This document shows positions 27,177 to 36,593 of a stretch of 64,000 nt of DNA, piece after piece (within the stretch, counting starts at the first letter, position 1; each line of letters opens with the position of its first letter). This DNA comes from an uncultured virus (IMG/VR IMGVR_UViG_3300030376_007335) (lineage: Duplodnaviria > Heunggongvirae > Uroviricota > Caudoviricetes). Below the pieces are notes generated by a model that did not search any database, was not told the DNA's origin, and saw nothing but the letters and a program-made list of their open reading frames with translations. The DNA lies in IMG/VR virus record IMGVR_UViG_3300030376_007335, positions 1-64,000 of that record. One strand, 5' to 3'. The translations under genes were made by a program, and so were the position numbers.

Positions 27177-28348
27177 GTACATTAAAAGTCAACGCAATCA
27201 GGCAAACAACAGCAACAAGTGATGCTGTTACCTTGGCAAGCGATGGAACGTGTACCGTTAAGGCTACTAATAAAAGCAACAGAAATTTGATAATTAATGG
27301 TGCAATGCAAGTTGCTCAGAGAGGTACTTCATCTACCACTGCTGGCTTTGGTAGTCTCGATAGATTTCAAGGGGTTTCAGGTGGTGGTGAGGAAGCTTGT
27401 ACACATTCACAACATGCTTTAACTTCAAGTGATACTGGTCCTTGGGCTGAAGGTTTTAGATATTCTTTCCATTTCCAAAATGGTAACCAAACAGGAGGTG
27501 CAGGTTCTAATGATTATGCGTATATAGGATATGGAGTTGAAGCTCAAGATTTAGCACAGTCAGGATGGGATTACACTTCAGCCAGTAGTTATATAACGCT
27601 TTCTTTCTGGGTCAAATGTAGTGTTGCAGGACTGCAGTATGGTTTTATGCAAACTCCTGACGGAACTGGACAAGGTTTCTCTTTTTCACTTGGTAATTTA
27701 TCAGCTAATACTTGGACAAAAGTAACTGTAAAAATCCCTGGAAATTCCAATATAACGATTAATAATGATACTGGTCCTGGGCTGTGGATCCACACGGGGC
27801 CATTTTGGGGGACTGATTACACAGATTCAGGCAATACTTTAAATACATGGGCAGCTTATAGTAGCTCAAGTAGAACGCCAGATTTTCCTAGTACATGGTG
27901 GACAACAAATGATGCAACATTTGAAATTACAGGTGTTCAGTTAGAAGTAGGAGACGTTGCCACTGACTTTGAACATAGATCGTATGAGGAAGAACTTCAA
28001 AAATGCTATAGATATTGTCAAAGATATGATACAGGTGGTGATACTTACAGATTCGTGTGTCAAGGTAATGTTGATAATGATGGTAATAATCTGTCAATGA
28101 TGCTGCCATTTATTACGCCCTTTAGAAGTAAACCTACTTCTATGACAACAACAGGTACAGCAGGAGATTATGCAGTTAGAAGAGATACAAGCAAAGATTG
28201 TACGTCTGTTCCTACATTTGGTTCTACATCACCATTTACTACTCAGATAACTTTTGTTTCTAGTAGTCATGGTTGGACAACAGGACAGAGTGTGAAAGCT
28301 TGGCTCAAATCTTCTGGATCTTATCTAATCTTTAGTGCGGAGCTTTAA
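27173..28348 (+). CDS. Tail fibre/receptor-binding protein, paralog 2
   Basis: Same core domain as 23447-24517 and 47184-48674. Confidence 0.75.
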   Translation: MSTLKVNAIRQTTATSDAVTLASDGTCTVKATNKSNRNLIINGAMQVAQRGTSSTTAGFGSLDRFQGVSGGGEEACTHSQHALTSSDTGPWAEGFRYSFHFQNGNQTGGAGSNDYAYIGYGVEAQDLAQSGWDYTSASSYITLSFWVKCSVAGLQYGFMQTPDGTGQGFSFSLGNLSANTWTKVTVKIPGNSNITINNDTGPGLWIHTGPFWGTDYTDSGNTLNTWAAYSSSSRTPDFPSTWWTTNDATFEITGVQLEVGDVATDFEHRSYEEELQKCYRYCQRYDTGGDTYRFVCQGNVDNDGNNLSMMLPFITPFRSKPTSMTTTGTAGDYAVRRDTSKDCTSVPTFGSTSPFTTQITFVSSSHGWTTGQSVKAWLKSSGSYLIFSAEL

Positions 28349-28350
28349 CT

Positions 28351-28506
28351 ATGAAATTTAAAAAACTAACAAAAAGAGAAGAACATGAAGAGCAGATATA
28401 TATACAAATTGAAGATGATGGTTCGTCTAGAATTAGTTGCACAGCAGAATACCCACCTTTTAAGGAATGGGTAGCAGCAGGGAATACTGCCGAAGCTGCT
28501 GACTGA
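28351..28506 (+). CDS. Small fibre chaperone-like protein (51 aa, not in ORF track)
   Basis: Hand translation MKFKKL...YPPFKEWVAAGNTAEAAD; same EWVAAGNT motif as 24514 gene. Confidence 0.7.
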   Translation: MKFKKLTKREEHEEQIYIQIEDDGSSRISCTAEYPPFKEWVAAGNTAEAAD

Positions 28507-28988
28507 TGAAGCCACCTAGTACCGATAGTTGTTATAACTTTCGAGTTATCTCTGTTGATCGTATCGTAGATGGTGACACAATAGACGTAACTTTTGATTT
28601 AGGTTTTGGTATTTGTAAATCAGAAAGAATCAGAGTAGCTGGCGTAGATACTCCAGAGAAAAGAACACGTAACCTTGAAGAAAAAGAATTAGGAATCCAA
28701 GCAAGTGAATGGCTTGAATGTCAATTAGAAGGAGCTATAGCAGGTGAAGAAGATTTAGTCATTAAAACTGAGTTAGAAGGTGGTAAAGGTAAATTTGGAA
28801 GACTTCTAGGTTGGCTTTATATTGGTTATCCAAAATGTGAAGCAAACTGTACTTGTAATTGCCATAAACAAAACTCTTTGAATGAAGAGATGGTTGAGAA
28901 AGGATATGCATGGGAGTATGATGGCGGTACAAAATCTAAGGACCTNNNNNNNNNNCGTAGGGCTTTAGGCACTTTAGTTTCCGAATAG
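28506..28988 (+). CDS. Thermonuclease (SNase family)
   Basis: VDGDTIDV, RIRVAGVDTPE, GKFGRLLG, LNEEMVEKGYAWEY. Confidence 0.85.
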   Translation: MKPPSTDSCYNFRVISVDRIVDGDTIDVTFDLGFGICKSERIRVAGVDTPEKRTRNLEEKELGIQASEWLECQLEGAIAGEEDLVIKTELEGGKGKFGRLLGWLYIGYPKCEANCTCNCHKQNSLNEEMVEKGYAWEYDGGTKSKDXXXXRRALGTLVSE

Positions 28989-28992
28989 ACCC

Positions 28993-29241
28993 ATGCAAAA
29001 AGTTGTCAACATCATTGCTCTTGCGTCTGGCGTTGTATCTATTGCCGTTGTCGGCAGTGGTTTATTTATATATGTCAACAGAGATAAACTTGTTAATGAC
29101 GTCAAGTCTCAAGTTCTTAAATCAGTTGGTGGATCACTTCCTGGGTTAGTTGATACAAAACTTCCAAAAATGTCTGGTCCTGCGATGGCACCACAAGCTG
29201 GAGGTGCAGCTAAGTTAGGTAGTTTAGGACTTCCTAAATAG
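28993..29241 (+). CDS. Small membrane protein
   Basis: N-terminal TM segment MQKVVNIIALASGVVS. Confidence 0.6.
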   Translation: MQKVVNIIALASGVVSIAVVGSGLFIYVNRDKLVNDVKSQVLKSVGGSLPGLVDTKLPKMSGPAMAPQAGGAAKLGSLGLPK

Positions 29242-30002
29242 TGTCTGAGATACCTAATGTCCAGATAAGGGACATAGGGGTACATACAGTTCCAATTTGG
29301 TCGATATATCAACCCGTTACAACACCTTCTGCGCCACCTGTAACGGTTAATATAGGCTTACCTATTGTTGATATGCCTGGTTGTGTTGAGTGGCATCCAG
29401 AGGACAAGAGGGCGGGTGCTTTAACTTTAGAAGATCCTAAAGGTGTAAAGACTTTCTGTCCTAATGGACAATATCCTTCGTTTAATGCGATGGATTACAC
29501 CCCTGAGAATTTAATTATCACAGAAGAGGTACCTCCTCCAGCTCTTAATAATCCTGAAGCGCCTTCTCCTCCAACTCCAAATACTGATATTCCTGATATT
29601 CCTAGTGAAAAAGATGAGGAAGTTGAGTGTCCTGGACCTAATGACCAGCGAATAGGCGATCTGAGAAATGCACTAGGTAAGGAAAAAGTAGTATCGCACG
29701 AGTTAGTTAATGGAAAATGTATAACTCTTTATGAAGAGACAACTGTAGTAGATAAGTTTGTCCCAACTACAGCCCAAGTAGTGAACACAGCCCAAATTGC
29801 ACTTGTGGCGGCAACTATGCCTTTACTTATAGCTGCTGTAAAACCCGCTGTTGCTCAATTAATTAAAAGAATACCTAAATTATTAGGTCGTAAGAGTAAG
29901 GAAGTTCTTTCTACTTCTCAGAAATTGGCTCGCCAACGCTCAGAGTTTCAAGACCAGAAGAAGAAGAACCAGATTGGTCAGAAGAAGAGGAAGAAGAAGT
30001 AA
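29241..30002 (+). CDS. Pro/Cys-containing membrane-anchored protein
   Basis: PIVDMPGCVE, CPGP, C-terminal hydrophobic segment and basic tail. Confidence 0.6.
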   Translation: MSEIPNVQIRDIGVHTVPIWSIYQPVTTPSAPPVTVNIGLPIVDMPGCVEWHPEDKRAGALTLEDPKGVKTFCPNGQYPSFNAMDYTPENLIITEEVPPPALNNPEAPSPPTPNTDIPDIPSEKDEEVECPGPNDQRIGDLRNALGKEKVVSHELVNGKCITLYEETTVVDKFVPTTAQVVNTAQIALVAATMPLLIAAVKPAVAQLIKRIPKLLGRKSKEVLSTSQKLARQRSEFQDQKKKNQIGQKKRKKK

Positions 30003-30822
30003 CAGGAATACTATGAATATGTTGAGGTAATGTTCCAGGAGGATTTAAAAGTACTACGTCTGCACAAATTGCGGCATATTTTGACTTCGGATGGAACATT
30101 ATTCCAGATTTCATGAGTTCTCCACAATTTTTAAGACGTGCTATTTCAAAATCTAAACGTTTATTAGCAGTAAGTTGTTTGACGTACGCAATTCTGTTAT
30201 CTGCAGCTGATTTACACCTTCTTTGAAGACCTCCATCTAGTGGAACAGATATTGTTGCTGATATTCCATAATTGAAATTAAATTGGTCTTTCTGTCCCGT
30301 TCTGGTAGGGACATGGTAGAGAATTTTTCCTGGGTTATCTACTACTCCATCATTATTAGCATCCGAAGTGTCAAACACCGGGTCATTATAGTAATATTCC
30401 CTAGGTTGCTGAAAGCTGTGACTGTCGGTCAGGAATGGTGTGATGTTTAAAGTAGGACCTTGGCAACTGATTCCATCTCCGTAGGTATTGGTAATATAGG
30501 GTCCCTGTAAAACCTGGATGGCTTGGTTCGTAACTGACCCACTACTATTAGCAACAGGATTAGCAGTGGCACTAACACCACCGACGTCGCCAGCGCGTAC
30601 TGCTGTGGGGAATAGTGCATTCGCATTGAGTAATACTAATAAAAGGTAGCTTAATTGCTGAATGTTGATGTTGTGTCGGTCACGCTTTGGATTTCGGTGA
30701 CTCTCTGAATTATTGTTTGATTGACCATCCCTGGAGCTCGGTATGTTTCTGTAAATTGAAAGCTTCCACCAGGATTTGTTATTGTCCAGTTTGGTTTGTT
30801 TGCAGCGTCTAGACCTGTCCAT
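29911..30822 (-). CDS. Secreted/outer-membrane-like protein (true start probably near 30650-30700)
   Basis: Signal-like LLLVLLNANALFPTAVRA then ANPVANSSGSVTNQAIQVLQGPY; RLDFEIARLKNCG. Confidence 0.6.
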   Translation of the reverse strand: MDRSRRCKQTKLDNNKSWWKLSIYRNIPSSRDGQSNNNSESHRNPKRDRHNINIQQLSYLLLVLLNANALFPTAVRAGDVGGVSATANPVANSSGSVTNQAIQVLQGPYITNTYGDGISCQGPTLNITPFLTDSHSFQQPREYYYNDPVFDTSDANNDGVVDNPGKILYHVPTRTGQKDQFNFNYGISATISVPLDGGLQRRCKSAADNRIAYVKQLTANKRLDFEIARLKNCGELMKSGIMFHPKSKYAAICADVVLLNPPGTLPQHIHSIPVTSSSSSSDQSGSSSSGLETLSVGEPISEK

Positions 30823-31082
30823 GTAGAAGTGACACCTTGAAGCGTGTTGCTGTTACCTGTAACTGAGCTTGGTGAGATACTTGAACCTGAATGCTCAACA
30901 TTCGTCCCGGTCACAGTATACTGCCACCCTGTTTGATAATCTATGGAATTTATTGTCTCAGTTACTTTAGATGTTGTTTCTGTATGGGAGGTCATACCAC
31001 CCTGAGTGAAATTTGGAATTACAGGAACTGCTTTAGCTTCAGGAATAAATATAAATAATAAGAGCGTTAATAGACGTCTCAT
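30651..31082 (-). CDS. Secreted protein
   Basis: Signal peptide MRRLLTLLLFIFIPEAKA; VPVIPNFTQG. Confidence 0.65.
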   Translation of the reverse strand: MRRLLTLLLFIFIPEAKAVPVIPNFTQGGMTSHTETTSKVTETINSIDYQTGWQYTVTGTNVEHSGSSISPSSVTGNSNTLQGVTSTWTGLDAANKPNWTITNPGGSFQFTETYRAPGMVNQTIIQRVTEIQSVTDTTSTFSN

Positions 31083-31089
31083 AATCTAT

Positions 31090-31614
31090 TTAATCGCCGA
31101 CTGTTATCTCACTAACGAATTGGCCCGTTGCAGTCGTACCAGCGCCTCCAGCGGTTATTGTTACTACACCCGCGCTAGTAATCGTACCTGCCAAGCTACC
31201 TGCAACACCACCAGATTGCGTTGTAGTTGTGCCATAAGCAGGCATGTCTGCGACCACCCCGGCGGTCACGTCCACACCTGCACCCATTGCTGCTATGGCG
31301 TCTCCTTGAGTCCAACTTTCTGAGAATGAAAAAGCACTTCCTGCAGTGTTTATATCGTATGTACCAACATCAAGAGTTGGTGCAGCAGTAGCACTTCCAG
31401 CAGTTAATGCACCAAAATGACCACTGTTTGAGGTATCAACTTTAATATTTGATCCTGAAACGGTATATGTACTTCCAAGCCTAGTAGCACTTGTTGCAGC
31501 GCCATTGACACTTAATTGAGTACTTGTTGATAAACGATGTACAAGATCTGCTTTTACACTAGGCGTAATAAATGCAAATAATAATGGAATTAATTTCCAC
31601 ATGTTTCTTAACAA
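31090..31614 (-). CDS. Secreted protein
   Basis: Signal peptide MWKLIPLLFAFITPSVKA; T/G/A-rich beta protein. Confidence 0.65.
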   Translation of the reverse strand: MLRNMWKLIPLLFAFITPSVKADLVHRLSTSTQLSVNGAATSATRLGSTYTVSGSNIKVDTSNSGHFGALTAGSATAAPTLDVGTYDINTAGSAFSFSESWTQGDAIAAMGAGVDVTAGVVADMPAYGTTTTQSGGVAGSLAGTITSAGVVTITAGGAGTTATGQFVSEITVGD

Positions 31615-31673
31615 TTTGATCTCATAATGTAAGTTTACATGAGGGTAAACTTAGTAGGTAATGCAACTATACA

Positions 31674-32144
31674 ATGACTGAAAATACAGAAAAATCTTCT
31701 AAATTATCAGAAGAAGAAGCAAAGAAGAAAGGTTTACTTTCTAAGCTAAAAGAAGGTTTGGACGATAAAGAAGAGCAAATAGCAATTTTATCAACATTTG
31801 TCAGACTTGGTGTAGTAGTTTGGTCTGGTTTTATAATTTCATTAAATTACATTGAAATTCCAGGAATGGGTGCTCAAGCGCCTAAAGATATAACCTTCGT
31901 AGCTTCAGTGTTTACAGGAGCTTTGGCGAGTTTTGGACTCCAAACAGCGTCTAAAAAAGGTGATGGAACTATGAAAATGGATGGAGCTAAAGCTAATGGT
32001 TCTTTAGGTCAAATTACTAAAGAAGATTTAGAAAGATTAATCGATAAAGTTTCTCAAAACGGACCAACTCAAACTTTGCGTATTGAGCAGGCTCCTATTA
32101 AAATTACTACTGCTGACGATTCAGAAATTAAACCTACTGTTTAG
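31674..32144 (+). CDS. Two-TM membrane protein
   Basis: LSTFVRLGVVVWSGFIISL and DITFVASVFTGALASFG. Confidence 0.65.
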   Translation: MTENTEKSSKLSEEEAKKKGLLSKLKEGLDDKEEQIAILSTFVRLGVVVWSGFIISLNYIEIPGMGAQAPKDITFVASVFTGALASFGLQTASKKGDGTMKMDGAKANGSLGQITKEDLERLIDKVSQNGPTQTLRIEQAPIKITTADDSEIKPTV

Positions 32145-32152
32145 CTTCTTTA

Positions 32153-32932
32153 GTGATGCCTTGGGTTCACATCACATCAGTTTCAAATACTTGGTTGAAG
32201 AGGTCTCCTAAACCTCTTGACATATTAGATTCTAAAGATAAAGCTCAAGTATGCTCTTGCCGTACAATCAATCGTTGTCAGATTTTAGAACGTACTGATG
32301 AGCATTCTTATTTAAAGTTAGGATTTGGATTAGGTGAATGGTGGGTAGTAAATAAAGATTGGAAAGGTTTAGATGGTGAACCTATTAAACCTAAAGAAAA
32401 ATCTCTTCTTCATTTTCCTTATTTTTATAGAGTAATGGATGACGAAGGTTGGGAGCAATCTCAATCGGCTTCTATTGCTATGTGTCTAAAATATTGCAAT
32501 ACACCTAATATTAATAGCCATAATAACTACTTATCTATACTTAATAAGTATGGTAAAGCTCCTTCTCGTTATGCAAATACTAAAGCTTTAAGAGAACTAG
32601 ATACGGATGTTACTTTTTCGCTATCTTCTGATGATGTAGATGTAAAAAAAATTATAGATAAAGGGTTACCTGCTGTCGTAGGTCTTCTTATTAGAGGGCC
32701 ACTTTCTAAGCCAGTAGGAGTACCTCATTATGTAGCAATTACAGGGTATGGAGATAACTATTGGATTGCTCAGGACCCATTTGGATGTCTCGATTTAGTT
32801 AATGGTTTATGGCTTCATAAAGATCCAAATTCAGGAAAAAATGTCCACTATGACTTTACTAATTTTAATAAAAGGTTTATGAACGAAGGAGGTGCATCTG
32901 GGCGTGTTTGGTCGAATTTCCGTATTATTTAA
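32153..32932 (+). CDS. C39-like peptidase fold, Ser at expected catalytic Cys
   Basis: EQSQSASIAMCL, PHYVAITGY, AQDPFG. Confidence 0.7.
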   Translation: MMPWVHITSVSNTWLKRSPKPLDILDSKDKAQVCSCRTINRCQILERTDEHSYLKLGFGLGEWWVVNKDWKGLDGEPIKPKEKSLLHFPYFYRVMDDEGWEQSQSASIAMCLKYCNTPNINSHNNYLSILNKYGKAPSRYANTKALRELDTDVTFSLSSDDVDVKKIIDKGLPAVVGLLIRGPLSKPVGVPHYVAITGYGDNYWIAQDPFGCLDLVNGLWLHKDPNSGKNVHYDFTNFNKRFMNEGGASGRVWSNFRII

Positions 32933-32985
32933 TTATTTTCAAACAAAGCATTAGACGCTATACTTAACTCAAGTAGTTACTTATT

Positions 32986-33174
32986 ATGCTTGAAGATTTA
33001 GAGAAGCAGTTACAAGACCAGCAGGCTACTGTAGCCAGTGATATAAGGTCTCATGAAGCTGCCCTTAAAACTTTGCAAGACACATATTTAAAAGTTTTAG
33101 GTGCTTTAGAACTTATACAAGTTCAAAAACAGCAATCTGAACAACAAAAAGAGGAGATAGTGCAAGAGCCATAG
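32986..33174 (+). CDS. Small coiled-coil protein
   Basis: 62 aa with heptad pattern. Confidence 0.55.
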   Translation: MLEDLEKQLQDQQATVASDIRSHEAALKTLQDTYLKVLGALELIQVQKQQSEQQKEEIVQEP

Positions 33175-33176
33175 CC

Positions 33177-33410
33177 ATGTTTCCTGAACTCACGAAAGAT
33201 AGATATAAAGCTTTAGAGTTACTAGCGGAACATATTCGTTACCCTTCGAAGGATTTACTTTTAAGTTCTATTCTTCACGACGTACAGGAGGATGACCTTA
33301 AATGGGTAACGGGCAAAATACACTATTATTTACTAAGACTCCTTGAAGAAGTTAAATATGACTGTTCTGAAGACGAGTTGTTACTTGAATTAGAATCGGA
33401 TGGAATATAA
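33177..33410 (+). CDS. Hypothetical protein
   Basis: 77 aa ORF in operon. Confidence 0.55.
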   Translation: MFPELTKDRYKALELLAEHIRYPSKDLLLSSILHDVQEDDLKWVTGKIHYYLLRLLEEVKYDCSEDELLLELESDGI

Positions 33411-33437
33411 ATCTCTTTTTATAGAAATATACTGATT

Positions 33438-33608
33438 ATGGATCCTCAAGCTAACCCTACTCCTAAAGAATTTTTAGATACAAAAGTTGCTTTAATGATA
33501 GAAGATTTGAAACGTGAAAGGACACCTGGTGCTGGTGATGTTGCTTTAAAAGGTGTAGAAGGACAGTCTATACGGGATAAAGTAAGGGCTGGAATTCTTA
33601 AAATCTAA
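33438..33608 (+). CDS. Small hypothetical protein (56 aa, not in ORF track)
   Basis: Hand translation MDPQANPTPKEFLDTKVALMI...; fills the gap before dps. Confidence 0.55.
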   Translation: MDPQANPTPKEFLDTKVALMIEDLKRERTPGAGDVALKGVEGQSIRDKVRAGILKI

Positions 33609-33613
33609 TCACT

Positions 33614-34084
33614 ATGAGCGAATCAGGTACTTCTGATGTGCAGATTACGCACGATCATTTAGTCCAGTGTCTAAGAGATTCAGTTCATGTATATCTTCAA
33701 ACTCAGCTTGTACATTGGGGTCTAGTCGGCTCTAAATTTTTTCCTCTCCATCAATTAACAAATGATATTCAATCAGAGATGATTGAAGGTATAGATGAAG
33801 TAGCAGAACATATTCGTTCAATTAACTGTATGACTCCTTTACATGTAGGGGATTTGGTATCTTCCCGTATAAGACCAGTGGACATGAGTGATGTTTTTGA
33901 TCAAGAAAAAATAATTTTAGATTTAAGCAATGCTCATGACGACTTGGCTGGTTATTTTGAGGATTTAGCAAAGATGTCAAGCATTGTAGGTGATGAGCTT
34001 ACTCAAGATTTAGCTGCTGATCGTGGGCGCGTACATAAAAAGAATCAATGGCACCTAAGAGCTTCTATGGACTACACCGGTTGA
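33614..34084 (+). CDS. dps: Dps family ferritin-like DNA-protecting protein
   Basis: HWGLVGSKFFPLHQL...IDEVAEH...HKKNQWHL. Confidence 0.85.
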   Translation: MSESGTSDVQITHDHLVQCLRDSVHVYLQTQLVHWGLVGSKFFPLHQLTNDIQSEMIEGIDEVAEHIRSINCMTPLHVGDLVSSRIRPVDMSDVFDQEKIILDLSNAHDDLAGYFEDLAKMSSIVGDELTQDLAADRGRVHKKNQWHLRASMDYTG

Positions 34085-34093
34085 TTAAAACTA

Positions 34094-34294
34094 ATGGTAG
34101 TTAGAGTACGTCTTTTCGAGCAAAAAACAGGTTATATTGATTTTCTCAATAGAGCAGAATATGAAGAATGGAGAAATAGAGGAGCATGGGATTTAAAGAA
34201 AGCTATACAAGAAACCAATTCGTTTAGGATGGAGTTACCAGATGGAGAATCAGCAGTAGATTATTCAGAAGAACATATTGAATGGTTAGATTAA
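34094..34294 (+). CDS. Hypothetical protein
   Basis: 66 aa ORF. Confidence 0.45.
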   Translation: MVVRVRLFEQKTGYIDFLNRAEYEEWRNRGAWDLKKAIQETNSFRMELPDGESAVDYSEEHIEWLD

Positions 34295-35080
34295 ACTCCA
34301 ACTTCTCCACCATTTTGTTATTACATATTTAGTACCTTTTGTAGGAGGAAGTGCTTCGTGAAGAGTTTTATAATTTGGTAGTCCATTTGCATATAGATTA
34401 TTCCATGCAAGCAATAGTCCTTTTTTTGGTTTAATTTTTAAATTAAGAAATTTAAAATAAGTTTCTCCTCCTTCCTCTACATCATTTAAGTAAACCATTG
34501 TTGTCCATGTTCTTTGCCCCATCCATTCGCAATAAACTTTAAATTCGTTTTTTCTGCCAAAATAAAAATCCCAATGTTCTTTGTAGTATTGACCAATTTC
34601 ATATTTTTGAGATTGCATTGTTTCTCCTTGGAATGGACTTAATTCTGTTAAAGCCTGTATTTTTCTGTCAATTTTTAAGTAAATAGGGTTATTAAAGTAG
34701 AATAAATCAGCTGTTTGACTTGTTCTATAATCCGAAGTTAAGTTACTATCATCTTCGTCTGAAACGGTTGAAGGTCTAAGATTTTTATCAACTAACTCTA
34801 TTAATTCATCACACTCATTATCATTTAAAAAATTGTCAATGTAATGAACTTGCGTGAATGGGTATTTAAATTTTTTACTTTTATTGGTTATAGGGTTATT
34901 ATAAAAATCTCTATAATTAATTTTTTTTGGTTTTGATTTAAAACCACATATTTCAATTATTTCGTTCATTTCATCATCTGTTAGTTCATAATATTTTTTA
35001 AAAGCCCTTATAAGTTGAGTTTTACTTGCCCCTGTTACTGCTGCATTTAAAAATCTTTTTGTTAATTCCTCTGTAATCAT
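34286..35080 (-). CDS. 2OG-Fe(II) oxygenase (prolyl 4-hydroxylase-like)
   Basis: YKEHWDF, RTWTTMVYLNDVEEGGET, LHEALP, KYVITKW. Confidence 0.9.
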   Translation of the reverse strand: MITEELTKRFLNAAVTGASKTQLIRAFKKYYELTDDEMNEIIEICGFKSKPKKINYRDFYNNPITNKSKKFKYPFTQVHYIDNFLNDNECDELIELVDKNLRPSTVSDEDDSNLTSDYRTSQTADLFYFNNPIYLKIDRKIQALTELSPFQGETMQSQKYEIGQYYKEHWDFYFGRKNEFKVYCEWMGQRTWTTMVYLNDVEEGGETYFKFLNLKIKPKKGLLLAWNNLYANGLPNYKTLHEALPPTKGTKYVITKWWRSWSLI

Positions 35081-35273
35081 CTTTATGACTCAGTAGATTT
35101 ACAATATAAGTGTTACACAATATTGTTCAAGTGGAAATTGCTGCTTTAAGTTTTATTCTGATGTATAGCGTCAGTCATGGTTTTGGTACTGTGATGTTAG
35201 GTCGTCGAAAATTCTAGGTTTTATTGCCTCTCAGTTCAGAGTTGGTAAGATATGTATAAGGTTATAGCTATTT

Positions 35274-35489
35274 ATGGATGCAATAGAGCTTCCAGTTGAC
35301 GTAGAATTCTCAATTCACGCAGCTTCTTTAGCAATTCAGACTCTTGATAGAGATGAATTGGAGGAAGCTTTCATTGAGATGCTACATCAAAAGGCACTTG
35401 ATAAACAGATGTTCTTTGGGATTCTTAAAGATCATGGTATCGATGCAAACATAAAATTCAACCTCTCCACTGTCGGTCAGATTTCTTAA
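35274..35489 (+). CDS. nblA: NblA-like phycobilisome degradation protein
   Basis: LPVDVEFSIHAASLAIQTLDRDELEEAFIEMLHQKALDKQMFFGILK; NblA-like helix-loop-helix pattern. Confidence 0.6.
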   Translation: MDAIELPVDVEFSIHAASLAIQTLDRDELEEAFIEMLHQKALDKQMFFGILKDHGIDANIKFNLSTVGQIS

Positions 35490-35494
35490 TTCCC

Positions 35495-35881
35495 ATGGCT
35501 ACCCGCACTTTTTCAGGCACTTTAGATACTTTTGAGAAGGACGCTTCTGCTTCCGAACTTACTTACTTAGGACCTACTTCTACTTCTAACGGAGGAGAAG
35601 CAGTTAGGGCTTTTCGTATAAATCCTGCTGGTACTGGTAACCATATAGTTAATATTGATCGTTCTAATTCAGTTATTTCAGTAGAGATCTTCCAAGAAGA
35701 CTCTTATACAGGAACTAACGCCCCTGCTGGTTATAAAAAATTCTGCAATATTGCTGAAGCTGGTAAAGGTAAGGGAGCTGTAGCTGTCAATGTTACAAAC
35801 GCTGCCAAAAATTACGTTGTAATGCTTAAATTAGATGGTTATTCTGAAGTAAGCTACGGCGGTAACGTTGTCGTCCCATAA
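35495..35881 (+). CDS. Beta-rich hypothetical protein
   Basis: 128 aa ORF. Confidence 0.55.
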   Translation: MATRTFSGTLDTFEKDASASELTYLGPTSTSNGGEAVRAFRINPAGTGNHIVNIDRSNSVISVEIFQEDSYTGTNAPAGYKKFCNIAEAGKGKGAVAVNVTNAAKNYVVMLKLDGYSEVSYGGNVVVP

Positions 35882-36593
35882 GGAAACTAAATACCCTTTT
35901 TTTACTGACAAAGCTTTAGTATTAGCTCGTTTATATACTGTTCCACGTACCTCTATTGGTCTTGATCGCTATGCGACGTATAAAGACTATGGTGAAAACA
36001 CATGGAAAATAGGCTATGGCAGTACGCAATTAAATGGTAGGTGGTTAAAAGCTACAGATAAATGTACTAGAGAGGAGATTGATGAACAGTTTGCTAAAGA
36101 TTTAAAAGAGTTTTCTAATTCAGTAAGAGATTACATATTTGTTCCATTAAATCCTAATAAGAGAGCTGCAGTTATCAGTTTTGCTTACAGTATAGGTATT
36201 CAGTCTTTTAAAACATGCCATCTACGCGATCTTATAAACAGTCACGCATCTAAATCAAAAATAATAAGAGAGTGGAGCCCATATATCAATGCAATATGGC
36301 GCTGTGGGGGCGACAGTATGGTTGATAGGCGCAGAGTTGAATTAGATACTTATCTTGCTGCAGACAAAGAGATACCTACCTTTTACAAGCATCGTTGTCA
36401 GGGTAAGAGATGTTTATTAAATCTCCCCGAGACTTATACTGGGGCTCCCAATCAGGTGAAAGCAGTTGAATATCTTGAGAAAAAGATTCTAAATTGGGAT
36501 CCTTCTGGGGAGGTTCTACGGAGATTTTTTCGTTATTGGAATGAGAAGCCCAGCGGTCTAGGATCTCCGCCGCGTCCCAAGGTCGATCTCTGA
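35868..36593 (+). CDS. GH24 phage lysozyme fold with degenerate active site
   Basis: YKD..E.TWKIGYGS, VPLNPNKRAAVISFAYSIG, RRRVE; no catalytic Glu evident. Confidence 0.7.
   Translation: MSSHKETKYPFFTDKALVLARLYTVPRTSIGLDRYATYKDYGENTWKIGYGSTQLNGRWLKATDKCTREEIDEQFAKDLKEFSNSVRDYIFVPLNPNKRAAVISFAYSIGIQSFKTCHLRDLINSHASKSKIIREWSPYINAIWRCGGDSMVDRRRVELDTYLAADKEIPTFYKHRCQGKRCLLNLPETYTGAPNQVKAVEYLEKKILNWDPSGEVLRRFFRYWNEKPSGLGSPPRPKVDL

Noticed and set aside
19941..28955. N runs at 19941-19952 and 28946-28955
   Set aside because: Assembly gaps; the ends of the ORFs crossing them are unreliable.
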